The notes: generated by a model from the letters alone, not told the origin. Positions 40,746-51,022 are shown, counted from the stretch's first letter. The stretch is 64,000 bases of DNA from Candidatus Micrarchaeota archaeon (GCA_020854825.1 JAHKLY010000002.1:128001-192000); one strand, 5' to 3'. Translations and numbers: made by a program.

Positions 40746-40996
40746 CGGGCCTGATGTGATTGTCAGATCTTTTTTAGATAATCTACCTAAGCAAAATCAT
40801 TTGAATTCGTGAACCATTATCCTTTTGGAGTAAAAGCTTTTTCTTTTGGTAAAGAAAAAGGGTTACACACGACCTATTGCTTAGGAGGCAATCGCTCTAT
40901 TCTCGCTTTCTTTCTTTTATTTAAAGATCTTTCTTTTTAATGAAAATTTCTTTCTTTTTTAAAAAGAAAGAAAGTTCCAAGCTGAGCTACAGGCCC
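40746..40996 (-). tRNA. tRNA-Arg(CCT) with three BHB introns: 40975-40900 (D-loop), 40865-40806 (position 53/54), 40799-40760 (position 59/60)
   Basis: Exons 40996-40976, 40899-40866, 40805-40800 and 40759-40746 join to GGGCCTG TA GCTC AGCTTGGATA GAGC G ATTGC CTCCTAA GCAAT AGGTC GTGTG TTCAAAT CACAT CAGGCCC G, a complete 75-nt cloverleaf. CCA is not encoded. Confidence 0.93.
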
Positions 40997-40997
40997 G

Positions 40998-41246
40998 TTA
41001 ATTATTAATTTTTAAATTAATCTCATCATCTAATATTTTTTTATTTAAAGAAAAAACAATATACATTCTATAATTATTTTCTTTAAGACCTTCAAAATAT
41101 TCAGTTATTTGCGCTTTCAACTCTAAAATATCTGAAAAGTTTCTTTTCATTTTTAAGTTTGCATTAAACATAAGAATATCCTTCTTTGTTTGTTTATATT
41201 CTTCACTCCGTACAAAATTTTCTAAATCTTTTAGATCTTCAAACAT
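40998..41246 (-). CDS. hypothetical protein
   Basis: 82 codons, SD-like GGGGA, overlaps the upstream ORF by 8 bp. Confidence 0.65.
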   Translation of the reverse strand: MFEDLKDLENFVRSEEYKQTKKDILMFNANLKMKRNFSDILELKAQITEYFEGLKENNYRMYIVFSLNKKILDDEINLKINN

Positions 41247-41487
41247 ATTCTCTTCCCCTAACTTCTTTTTTTAATGCGTATAGAATTTCTATGCTAGTAT
41301 CCATCTTATCTAAATTTAATTTATTATTTAAATCCCCTAATGTAGTTAAATTATTTGTTATCTTTCTCAATAATATATTCGTCTCATGTTCGATTGGAAA
41401 TTCTTTTGAATTTAAATTCCCATATAAAATATATTCTAATACATTTTCACAAGCTTTGTCCTTTTTAGGATTTAAAGAAAATCTCAT
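41239..41487 (-). CDS. hypothetical protein
   Basis: 82 codons within a co-oriented run downstream of MCM. Confidence 0.6.
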   Translation of the reverse strand: MRFSLNPKKDKACENVLEYILYGNLNSKEFPIEHETNILLRKITNNLTTLGDLNNKLNLDKMDTSIEILYALKKEVRGREYV

Positions 41488-41509
41488 ATTATTAATACTT
41501 CAAAAAACT

Positions 41510-42448
41510 TTATAACCCTAATGTTAATCTTAATATATAAAATATTCCTAATCCTAATAAGCAACCCGCAGTTAAAGGAGGCAATGCAGGCAAAAATATT
41601 TTTTTATTAAGTATATAATATATTAATACTATAAATGCCGTTGTTGCACCTATTATTACTGATAAAGTCCCAAGTAAACCAAAAACATAATATGAAGAAA
41701 CTGAAACCATTATTGGCATAATTAAATCTCCTGTACCTAATTCCATTTTTTGTCTTTTATTATCTTTAAAAGAATAATTATCCTCTTTGATATTTCCTTT
41801 AATATTACTCTTTTCTTCATTAATTTTATTAACTTCCGTTATTTTAACATCTGAATTTCCAACTTGTAAAGAAAAAGATAAATTTCTCTCACTTAATGCT
41901 TTTGCAAAAGTTATCATATGTTTGGTTTTAAATACTGCAATATAGTCATAAACTGATAAACATATCATCAATAAAATAGCTGGCCAAAAACCTAAAGAAA
42001 ATCCAAAAATAGCACCAACTCCTGCACTAGATAAAATTGCTGCGATGTTTCTTGCTTTATGCGTAATCCATTTAGTGCTTGCAAAAATAAACGCAATAAT
42101 AAATGCAAATATAAAGGACCAATCAATTCCAAAAATTGGAAAAAATGAATATAATAAAATAAAAAATACTATATTTGAAGAAAATAAAATAATCATAAAT
42201 TCTATAGACCTAAAAACAAATACTCCTTTATAATATTTAATAATTAAATAAAATACTAGCGCACCAAATAACATATAAAAAATAAAAAATACTGCATTCC
42301 ATAAACTCCCAGTTTCTCCTATAGGATTTACACGCATATCTTCAAATTCAGGTACTAACTCACTTTTTGTTATTAATAAAACCCCTACTAATGCGCCAAG
42401 TAATTGGGCAATTATAAAGAAAAATATTAATTTATATACAAAATTCAT
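41510..42448 (-). CDS. presenilin/signal-peptide-peptidase-like GxGD intramembrane aspartyl protease
   Basis: SVYDYIAV, LGTGD and PALP motifs, multiple TM helices. Confidence 0.92.
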   Translation of the reverse strand: MNFVYKLIFFFIIAQLLGALVGVLLITKSELVPEFEDMRVNPIGETGSLWNAVFFIFYMLFGALVFYLIIKYYKGVFVFRSIEFMIILFSSNIVFFILLYSFFPIFGIDWSFIFAFIIAFIFASTKWITHKARNIAAILSSAGVGAIFGFSLGFWPAILLMICLSVYDYIAVFKTKHMITFAKALSERNLSFSLQVGNSDVKITEVNKINEEKSNIKGNIKEDNYSFKDNKRQKMELGTGDLIMPIMVSVSSYYVFGLLGTLSVIIGATTAFIVLIYYILNKKIFLPALPPLTAGCLLGLGIFYILRLTLGL

Positions 42449-42460
42449 ACTAGCTACTCC

Positions 42461-44515
42461 TTAAAATTGATCAGCAATTTTTACATACCCTGTTTTTGGT
42501 TTATATAACTCTCCTTTATATATTAATTCTTCAATCAATCTTTTTGCAAGGTCCTTATCAATATCAAATTCACTAGCCCTTTCAATTACTTCTTTTATTT
42601 CTGCCATTTCATTTGTCTTATTTATCTCTTCAACTATCTTAAGTATTATCTGAATCTTATCAATTTGTGATTTTGGTTTACCTGTTGCAAGAATATCTAT
42701 ATCATAAACTCCTGTTTCTTGATCCATACCTATTTTTTGCATCATCCATTCCATAAGTGAAATAGCAAGGTCTGAATCTTTTAACATAACCTTATCACTC
42801 AATCTTAATTTTGCTCCTGCTTCTGCCATTCTTACTAATCCTTCAATTTGTCTAGGAGTAATTGGGATTGCTCCTGTTTTTTTACCCATTTTTCTCATTT
42901 TTGAATAATAATCTTTAATCTTATTAGATGCCTCTTCGGTTAAAATAGGTCTAATATGTTGTCTTGAATATGCAATATATTTTTTAAGAAATTCTCTTTG
43001 AACTAAAGATTCATCTGCAATAACTTGAGTATCATCTGCAGATAATTTATGTGAACTTAAAATTTTTTCAGCTAGTTCTCTATCTCTTGTTTCATCTAAA
43101 ATATCCATAATCGGAAAAATTAAATCAAACCTAGATAATAATGTTGGTGGTATATTGAACTGTTCTGCAGGAAATTTATTGGGATCAAATCGTCCATATT
43201 TAGGATTTGCTGCTGCTAATATTGATGTTTTTGATTTTAATCTCGCAACTATACCTGCTTTCGCAACACTGATTGTTCCACTTTCCATTACTTCATGCAA
43301 TGAAGATCTTTCATCTTTGTCTATTTTATCAAATTCATCAACACCTACAATCCCACCACTTGCTAATACTAGTGCTCCTGCTTTTAATGTCCATCCTCCA
43401 TCACTTAATTCATCTTTTTCAACTGAAACTGTTAAACCAACACCAGAAACTGATTTACCTGAAACATACAAACTTTTTGGAGCCAAATCTACAACATATT
43501 GAAGTAATCTTGATTTAGCTGCACCAGGATCCCCAATTAATAAAATATGTATATTATCCCTGATTTTTGCTCCTCCTACCATCTCTTTACCTTTTGTTCC
43601 TCCAAATAATTGAAGTGCAATTGCTTGTTTAATTTCATCATGTCCATAAATTCCAGGTGCAATAGACTTTACAACCTTTTCAAATAATTTAGAATCTTTT
43701 GAAAATTCTAATATTTTTTTCTTATCATCTTCTGTTATTTCTAATTCTTCAAAATCCTGCTGTATGCCTTTAACATAAATTACATCTAAATATCTAGTAT
43801 AAATTAAAGACGTTGCATTTTTTGAAAAAGTAGAAGGCGGTCTTAATCTCAATACTCCAGTTATTTCTACGGTATTCCCAGGTATTGTTGAATTAACTAA
43901 ATCGTCTTCCATCCATAATTCTAATCTTGCAGGAGGAGTTCCTCCTTTCACTCTTTCTAAAAGTTCTTGAATCTCAGCTCTTTGAACATCTAAAAACTCA
44001 GAATCCTCTTCAATTAGTTTTAATGCTTTTCTTTTACATGCATCACAAAAAGTGGGAATACTAATACTAGAAGACAAAGGAACTTTATATATTGCATCAC
44101 AAACATCACATTTATATACTGCAATTTTAACTCTATGTTTTATTTCAGCCCTCTTTGTTACTACTCCTTTAATATTAATTAATTTGCCCAAGTATTTTGA
44201 ACCCATACTTTCTATTAACATCCCTGACTCTGGAAGATTAAAAAAACGTACATGTGGTTTAAACTCAATTCCAGGAGCAACAGCTAAATTCATATCTAAT
44301 AATGCTTTAACTGCAGCTTTCAAAATCATATCTGGTTTTTCAATTAATTGATCTGCTAATTCTGGACTAAATTTTTCAAAATCTTCATAATCAACAGATA
44401 AACTTTTTTGGGTAGGGTATCTAGAAACCAAAGAGTATATCTTTTTTTTGTAATTCGATTCAAAAAAATCTTGAATTTCTTTTATTACTGGTTCTAAATT
44501 TAACTCTTCTGCCAT
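42461..44515 (-). CDS. mcm: replicative helicase MCM
   Basis: Zn finger, SIAPGIYG, GDPGAAKS, DEFDK, AAANP, LSRFD, C-terminal winged helix. No intein seen. Confidence 0.97.
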   Translation of the reverse strand: MAEELNLEPVIKEIQDFFESNYKKKIYSLVSRYPTQKSLSVDYEDFEKFSPELADQLIEKPDMILKAAVKALLDMNLAVAPGIEFKPHVRFFNLPESGMLIESMGSKYLGKLINIKGVVTKRAEIKHRVKIAVYKCDVCDAIYKVPLSSSISIPTFCDACKRKALKLIEEDSEFLDVQRAEIQELLERVKGGTPPARLELWMEDDLVNSTIPGNTVEITGVLRLRPPSTFSKNATSLIYTRYLDVIYVKGIQQDFEELEITEDDKKKILEFSKDSKLFEKVVKSIAPGIYGHDEIKQAIALQLFGGTKGKEMVGGAKIRDNIHILLIGDPGAAKSRLLQYVVDLAPKSLYVSGKSVSGVGLTVSVEKDELSDGGWTLKAGALVLASGGIVGVDEFDKIDKDERSSLHEVMESGTISVAKAGIVARLKSKTSILAAANPKYGRFDPNKFPAEQFNIPPTLLSRFDLIFPIMDILDETRDRELAEKILSSHKLSADDTQVIADESLVQREFLKKYIAYSRQHIRPILTEEASNKIKDYYSKMRKMGKKTGAIPITPRQIEGLVRMAEAGAKLRLSDKVMLKDSDLAISLMEWMMQKIGMDQETGVYDIDILATGKPKSQIDKIQIILKIVEEINKTNEMAEIKEVIERASEFDIDKDLAKRLIEELIYKGELYKPKTGYVKIADQF

Positions 44516-44622
44516 TTAATTACCCCATCTATCCACAACAACTAAAATATTATATACAATACATATTTAAATTAGTAATTAAACGGAAAAGCTTATAAAG
44601 AAAAAAAACCATAGTTAAACAC

Positions 44623-45033
44623 ATGGAGTGGGATGTATTTTGTGAAATGATAATTCAAACAACGGATTTTAAAGAAGCAAAAGAAAGTGCTAAATTAAAA
44701 ACAGAAGAAAAAACTAAATTACCAACGGCTGAACGATTAAAAGACTTAGATAACACTTTTAGCGAAACAAGGGAGATACTCTTTTTTAGGAGATTCACTC
44801 CAAAGTCAAAATATAATGATTTTAAATTAATAGAACCTTGTTTGGGTTTTTATGCAGATACTCAATTTTCAGAGTTATTTTTAGATTCTATTAGAGATTC
44901 TAAAACAATTAAAGAAAAATTAAACACAATTTGTGTTTTTGGAAAAAATTTAAATTTAAAAAGAGTTAAAACAACTCTTAAATCAATTAAAAAAAGAAAA
45001 TTAAAGGAATTAATTTCTATTCAGAATATCTAA
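44623..45033 (+). CDS. hypothetical protein
   Basis: 136 codons with TATA-like CTTATAAA about 30 bp upstream. Confidence 0.6.
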   Translation: MEWDVFCEMIIQTTDFKEAKESAKLKTEEKTKLPTAERLKDLDNTFSETREILFFRRFTPKSKYNDFKLIEPCLGFYADTQFSELFLDSIRDSKTIKEKLNTICVFGKNLNLKRVKTTLKSIKKRKLKELISIQNI

Positions 45034-45682
45034 TCAATTCATATATCCTTTCCATTTCATTAATTGCTATTTCTCTTAATTCTTTTTCTCCTGCATTTCT
45101 AAAATATAAAGAAGCATAAGCAAAAGCAAGTTTTGAATTATTATAATCTTTCTTCTCTTCTAATTCTTTGCCCAATAACATATAAACAGATGCTGCAGAC
45201 ATATTAAACCTTTTTTCAATATCTACATCTCTAGGATAATTTAAAAGAACTCTAATAATTAAATGGTGTGCTGCACCATACTCCTTTTTACACATTAAAT
45301 TTTCAATACATTTAATTGCTTCTATATGTAATTCATTCATTCGTATAGATAAATCAATATCCTTTTCACGTTCTAATCTTTTTGCAGATTCATATGAATC
45401 CATAAAATAATTGCCTAATTCATAAAAATCCATAAACTTCAATTTCTTATCCCAACCTAAATATCCATTTAACTCCTTAGGTTTTTCTGAGCTTAATCTA
45501 GAAACTGAATTTGATTCAATAAATCCAAATGGGATATCAGACTGTTTTGTCTTCATGTAAGACAATGAAGTTATGGGCATAATATTAACAAATGTTAAAT
45601 ATGCACTAGTAATAATATTAAATATCCTAAAACCCTTTATTTTATTCTTATTTGTTTTATTCATGTTATAACTAATGAACAT
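45017..45682 (-). CDS. hypothetical helical protein
   Basis: 221-codon ORF with a TPR-like helical C-terminal half. Confidence 0.6.
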   Translation of the reverse strand: MFISYNMNKTNKNKIKGFRIFNIITSAYLTFVNIMPITSLSYMKTKQSDIPFGFIESNSVSRLSSEKPKELNGYLGWDKKLKFMDFYELGNYFMDSYESAKRLEREKDIDLSIRMNELHIEAIKCIENLMCKKEYGAAHHLIIRVLLNYPRDVDIEKRFNMSAASVYMLLGKELEEKKDYNNSKLAFAYASLYFRNAGEKELREIAINEMERIYELIRYSE

Positions 45683-45759
45683 ATGAGAATTTAAAGTCTC
45701 TTATTATATATGATCTTGAATTAATAAAGGTTTTTAAATCTGAATGTATTAGTTAAATT

Positions 45760-48171
45760 ATGGATAAAAAAATAATTTGGATATTATTTATATCCCTATT
45801 GATTTTTGGATGTACTTCTCCAATATTACAAGAAGGAGGAAATGCTGAATTAATACAAGAAGTGTTTGAAACGGATATAAACAATGACGGTTTAATTGAA
45901 AGTACTACATATGTTTTTCATGAATCCGAATACAATGAAACTAAAATTCAAAGAATTCTTATAATCAAACCAAAATTTGATTTATCAAAAATAGAAGCAC
46001 AGATTCAAGGAAACGCAAGTGATAAATATTATTTCCAAGATTTAACAATTTCAGATCTCAAAATACATTTAACTAATTTTAATAATAAAAGAAGTAATGA
46101 AATAGCAATAACTGGTGAAGCTCAATGTAAACAATATTTGGGTTTAGGTAGAACTGACTTACCCTGCGTTAGTTTAGACTCTTGTGCCAAAGCCTGTATG
46201 GGTGCACCTTTATGTATGTATATCTACCAATTTGTTGGTGATCCATTTTCACAAGATTTATATGAACTAAATACTGGATTTAATAAAATGGATACTTATA
46301 TTTCAGAACTTAATAGTATTTTTGAGGACATAGAAAATACAGAAAATAATTTAAACAAACAAAAAATTGAAGAAATAATTAAAAAAATTGAACAAATATC
46401 TGTTTTAGGTAATGAAATTAATAATAATCCAATCATTAACAAACAAGTTTATTATTTATGTAACAGAATAAACTATGATAATTATGAACTTCAATCTATG
46501 ATGGATAAAATTTCTGAAAATTTAAAAACTAAAGATTCTAATACTGCCCAAATAAAAAAAACAGGTCTAGAAATAGATAATGTAGAATATAAAATATACT
46601 TACAAATAAAAGAAAAAAGTGATCGTTCATTTTCAACAATTAAAATAACAGATATAATTCCTAAAACTTTAAATATTAACATATCAAGTTTAGTGGTCAG
46701 TTCTAATTTTTCAAAAGTAAATATAACTACTCCTTCTGTAGAATGGAAAATTAATAAAGCAGGAGGGGGAGAAATACAAAGTTTTATGACCTATTCTTTC
46801 AAATCTAAAGAATTCGTTAATAAAACCTGGATTGAAAACAATATAAAAACTCCTTATGTTTCAGTAGAAACATTCTCACTTGGCACAACACCAATAACCT
46901 TTGGTATTTTAGCATTTATTAATAGTGTGTTTACATTTTTTTTTGATTTTTCTAATTATTTTATTGCATTAGCATTAACTGGTGCTTTAATTATAATTTT
47001 ACTAAGATTGTTTCAAACCATAGTATCACTAATATGGAATACTATAATTGGTACTTCTAAAGGAGAAGATTTTTCTTTAATTAAAAAAAAATTATTTGGA
47101 AAAGCAAATCCTAAGTTCAAACAATACTTTATATTGGGAATTATTCTATCTTTAATCGGAACAATTATACTTCTTATTTCAAACTCTCAAATCAAAGAAG
47201 AAATTATAATTTTAGAATTAATTGGATATAATTTAACTTTAGAACCATTAAACGGAATAAGTGCATTTTTGCTTTCATTAGGCATAATTTCTATCTACTT
47301 TTCTGCTGAAGACTTCTTCAAAGGAAGTGTATTAAAAACAGGATATTATGAGAGTGCACAGAAAATAGCAAAAAAAGTTAATTTAGAAAACTTAAAAGAA
47401 CTCGAAAAAAAAATAGAAGAAGTTGATATTAAAATAAAACAAGCCCTTGAATTAAAAATTGATGTTTCTGATGAACAAGACTTGATATATTCCATACCTA
47501 TTTCTAGAATTAAAGCCTTGATTCAAAAAAATGATCAAAGAACCGCAAAAAATATTATAGAACAAAGTATCAATAGATGTGACTTTAATATTGGCACGAT
47601 AGATAAAAAAATACAAACTGCAACTGATATATGGAAAAATTGGAAAATTAAATTTGATTTATTATTAAAAGAGAAAGGAGAAATTAGAAAAGAAATGTTA
47701 ATTGATATCCCAAGAACTTGGAGAAGTTGGACAATTGAAAAATATTTAACAGAAAACTTAGATGAAAATTTGATAATAGAAGGGGGAATCCTTAAGAAAA
47801 CGACTATGCCTGTAGTTAAGAAAAAAGGGATAGTTGATATTTTAAATTCTTTAAAAAACGAAAAAATAAAAAATGCATCAATAATACAAATGGATGGAAA
47901 AACACTTGCGTCATCATTTGATAAAAACATTAATAAATCCCTCGTTGCAGTATTAGTATCTAGAATGATCAAAGCAGTTAAAATAATTGAGACAAAAGCA
48001 AAAACTGGAAATACTGATTATTTAGTTGCACGTTCAGGTAAAGATCTTTTTTTCGTAAGACCAATAAATAATTTAATCCTATTTTGTATTACTGATTCTA
48101 AAATATCCTTAACTACTCTAATAGAATTAACAAATAAAACTGCTGAAGAATTAGATAAAACAGATTCTTAA
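45760..48171 (+). CDS. multi-domain membrane protein with a C-terminal Roadblock/LC7 (MglB-like) domain
   Basis: Lipobox-like IFGC, Cys-rich ectodomain, about 4 TM helices, coiled coil, then NASIIQMDGKTLASS...LVAVLVSRMIKAVKII...YLVARSGKDLFFVRPI. Confidence 0.75.
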   Translation: MDKKIIWILFISLLIFGCTSPILQEGGNAELIQEVFETDINNDGLIESTTYVFHESEYNETKIQRILIIKPKFDLSKIEAQIQGNASDKYYFQDLTISDLKIHLTNFNNKRSNEIAITGEAQCKQYLGLGRTDLPCVSLDSCAKACMGAPLCMYIYQFVGDPFSQDLYELNTGFNKMDTYISELNSIFEDIENTENNLNKQKIEEIIKKIEQISVLGNEINNNPIINKQVYYLCNRINYDNYELQSMMDKISENLKTKDSNTAQIKKTGLEIDNVEYKIYLQIKEKSDRSFSTIKITDIIPKTLNINISSLVVSSNFSKVNITTPSVEWKINKAGGGEIQSFMTYSFKSKEFVNKTWIENNIKTPYVSVETFSLGTTPITFGILAFINSVFTFFFDFSNYFIALALTGALIIILLRLFQTIVSLIWNTIIGTSKGEDFSLIKKKLFGKANPKFKQYFILGIILSLIGTIILLISNSQIKEEIIILELIGYNLTLEPLNGISAFLLSLGIISIYFSAEDFFKGSVLKTGYYESAQKIAKKVNLENLKELEKKIEEVDIKIKQALELKIDVSDEQDLIYSIPISRIKALIQKNDQRTAKNIIEQSINRCDFNIGTIDKKIQTATDIWKNWKIKFDLLLKEKGEIRKEMLIDIPRTWRSWTIEKYLTENLDENLIIEGGILKKTTMPVVKKKGIVDILNSLKNEKIKNASIIQMDGKTLASSFDKNINKSLVAVLVSRMIKAVKIIETKAKTGNTDYLVARSGKDLFFVRPINNLILFCITDSKISLTTLIELTNKTAEELDKTDS

Positions 48172-48245
48172 GTTCCGAACAATAGTATCAATATTTTTAA
48201 ATGAAAGAGTTCACAAAAGATAATATAAATCTTGGAGGAGATTAA

Positions 48246-50144
48246 ATGAGAAAAATAATTTTAGTATTTGGATTGACTGCATTTATTTTCTTAATGCTTA
48301 ATGGATGTACATTTATAGAACCACACGAAAATAGAAGTATTCTGAATTTATTTGATGCTGAAAAAGAATTAGATTTTTTTCCTGCTAAAACAATAGAAAA
48401 TATTGAAAATGCAATAAAATTATCTGAACAGCCTTATTATTATGGGAGTACAAATTTAATAAGATTTGAAACAGATGCAATAATGGCAGAAAGTATTATG
48501 ACAAAAGCGAGTCCTTCAGATTATTCTACAACAAATGTTCAAGTTTTAGGCATTGATGAATTAGATATTGTTAAAATTGACAGTTTAACAGGTAATAAAA
48601 TCTACTATCTAAATAGCAACAAATTAAGTTTAATTAATTCATTTCCTACAAAAGATATGGAAGTATATAAAACTATAAACACTGAATATGGACAAGGTTT
48701 ATATGAACACGAAAATTCTATAATGACATTATCATATAATAAAATTAATGTGATTGATAAAGAAGGAAATACAAAATGGTATGCAAATTTAAATTCTACA
48801 TATATTGATTCTAGAATGAAAGATGGAATTGTGTACTTAATTTTAATGGAATATCCAAACTACCCTTATATCCCAAAACCATTAACAGTATGTAATGAAA
48901 TATGTAAAGAAATTAACATAAATTATGACAACATTTATCTACCTAGAAATATAGACGCTCAAGTTTTTTATGATATCATCTCTATTAAAATAGAAACCGG
49001 AGAAGTAATTGATAAAAAAACATTTATGGGTCCCTATTCCTCAAATGTATATGTATCAAATGAAAATATTTATTTTGGAATGCATAAAATAAAATCAGAT
49101 AGTGAAGTTATGTTTTATTATCTTTTAGAGCAGGGAGAAGATATTTTATCTGAAACCCAGTATGAAAGATTAATTTATTTAAATTCTTTAAATATATCAG
49201 ACGCAGCAAAAGCTTTAGAATTTAATAATTTAATACAAGAAATTTATTATGGGTTAACACTAGAAGCAAAAGCAGAATTACAAAATAAATTAACTAAAGG
49301 GTATTCTTTATATTTATCCTCAAATCCAGAGAAAAAAGAATATACTGGAATTTTAAAGATAAATTATGAATTGGGTGCCTTAAATATGAGCGAAACTGCC
49401 ACCATTCCTGGAAGATTATTAAACCAATTTTCGATGGATGAATATGATCATAATTTAAGAGCTGCATATACATTTGATTTTGGAGTTAATTCAGAAAATG
49501 GATTGATAATCTTAGATGAGAACATGGGTGAACTTTCAAGAATAACTGGATTAGCTGAAGGTGAAAGAATTTATGCAGTAAGATTTATGGGCGAAACTGG
49601 ATATATTGTTACCTTTAGACAAATAGATCCATTATTTGTTATTGATTTATCTAATGCCTCAAATCCAGAAGTTAAAGGAGAATTAAAAATACCTGGATAT
49701 TCAACATATTTACATCCAATAGGAGAAGGTAAATTACTAGGTGTTGGACAAGAAGACTGGAAAATGAAATTATCTCTCTTTGATGTTTCAAACCCAAGTA
49801 AACCAACAGAATTAGATTCATTTATAACAGAAGAAGGATGGAGCGAAGCATTATATAATCATCATGCTTTCTTATGGAATCCAAATGAAAATTTTGTTAT
49901 ATTACCTATGGGAAGTAAAAACTATGTATTTGAGATAAAAAATAATAAAATAGGTATGAGAAAAATAATAAATGAAAATGCAGTTAGAAACATATATGCA
50001 GATAATGTATTATATGTAATAACTAGACAAAATATAATTGCATATTCAATGGATGATTTCTCCGAAATAAATCAAATATCAGTTGAAGGAAACGAGTATT
50101 ATTACGGTCCTTATAGATACACAACAGATATAGATAGATCTTAA
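48246..50144 (+). CDS. secreted beta-propeller domain protein
   Basis: YSTTNVQVLGIDELDIVK, GRLLNQFSMDE, GERIYAVRF, VTFRQIDPLFVID, GELKIPGYSTYLHP. Confidence 0.92.
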   Translation: MRKIILVFGLTAFIFLMLNGCTFIEPHENRSILNLFDAEKELDFFPAKTIENIENAIKLSEQPYYYGSTNLIRFETDAIMAESIMTKASPSDYSTTNVQVLGIDELDIVKIDSLTGNKIYYLNSNKLSLINSFPTKDMEVYKTINTEYGQGLYEHENSIMTLSYNKINVIDKEGNTKWYANLNSTYIDSRMKDGIVYLILMEYPNYPYIPKPLTVCNEICKEININYDNIYLPRNIDAQVFYDIISIKIETGEVIDKKTFMGPYSSNVYVSNENIYFGMHKIKSDSEVMFYYLLEQGEDILSETQYERLIYLNSLNISDAAKALEFNNLIQEIYYGLTLEAKAELQNKLTKGYSLYLSSNPEKKEYTGILKINYELGALNMSETATIPGRLLNQFSMDEYDHNLRAAYTFDFGVNSENGLIILDENMGELSRITGLAEGERIYAVRFMGETGYIVTFRQIDPLFVIDLSNASNPEVKGELKIPGYSTYLHPIGEGKLLGVGQEDWKMKLSLFDVSNPSKPTELDSFITEEGWSEALYNHHAFLWNPNENFVILPMGSKNYVFEIKNNKIGMRKIINENAVRNIYADNVLYVITRQNIIAYSMDDFSEINQISVEGNEYYYGPYRYTTDIDRS

Positions 50145-50178
50145 AATATATAGATTGGGCAATGATCTAAAAAATAAC

Positions 50179-50198
50179 AAAAGGTCTTTTGACCTTTT
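50179..50198. terminator. hairpin plus T-tract between convergent genes
   Basis: AAAAGGTC-TTTT-GACCTTTT followed by long T runs. Confidence 0.6.
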
Positions 50199-50238
50199 TT
50201 TATTTTTCTTTTAATTTTTTTTTATTTAAAATTCATTC

Positions 50239-50925
50239 TTATTGTGGCAATTCAAAAACTGAATCCCCTACATTATAATCAATATTTTTTAAAGACTGTG
50301 TAAATTCTGTTCCATCTGAATTTGTTATATGTAAATATAATTGCGCGCCTGTATCTAAAAAGCACTGTTCAATGGTTTCCAAATCATTTGAAAACATAAA
50401 ACAAATACCTGTTTTATTCATAACAGTTCTCGTAGGTAATTTAACTATTTGTGCTGAATCTAAATTATCAAAAAAAACATTTGGATTACTAGACGTTTTA
50501 AGAGTATTACACACAACATTACCAATTGCATCAATACATGAATAATTACCTTCTGGGATTAAATACAATGAAACTATCGTCTCTTCAGTCCCAATTATTG
50601 AATCGTGTCTATACTTATCTCCTTTTGAATAAATAATAATATTTCCAGTTATAACTTTGTCTTTATCTAAAAAAACTGTAGTATATGTTGCCTTATATTC
50701 TAAATTATTTTTAAGAGATAAAATGCTATTTAAATCAACAGAATCAGAATCCAATGCTCTATTTACAATCCCACCTACTTGATGTGATTGTTCTATAGAA
50801 CTATTTTGAATATTATTAGATTCATTTTCTTCATTTGCATTTAATTCCTCATCAACAGATGAATTAATACAACCAAATATCAATAAGAACATTATTGGTA
50901 ATACAAATAGTATATTAAATTTCAT
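50239..50925 (-). CDS. lipoprotein-like hypothetical protein (start at 50925 rather than 51111)
   Basis: MKFNILFVLPIMFLLIFGC preceded by SD GGTGAG. Confidence 0.75.
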   Translation of the reverse strand: MKFNILFVLPIMFLLIFGCINSSVDEELNANEENESNNIQNSSIEQSHQVGGIVNRALDSDSVDLNSILSLKNNLEYKATYTTVFLDKDKVITGNIIIYSKGDKYRHDSIIGTEETIVSLYLIPEGNYSCIDAIGNVVCNTLKTSSNPNVFFDNLDSAQIVKLPTRTVMNKTGICFMFSNDLETIEQCFLDTGAQLYLHITNSDGTEFTQSLKNIDYNVGDSVFELPQ

Positions 50926-51022
50926 AAACTCACCAATTAAATTAAAATACGAAAGTTTATATTTGTAATTACAAGTTTTTAATATACGAAAGGTTTTTAT
51001 TGGTAAAACAATACATATATAT

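Noticed and set aside
40900-40975. CTTT microsatellite or terminator
   Set aside because: Explained as tRNA intron 1 with BHB boundaries.
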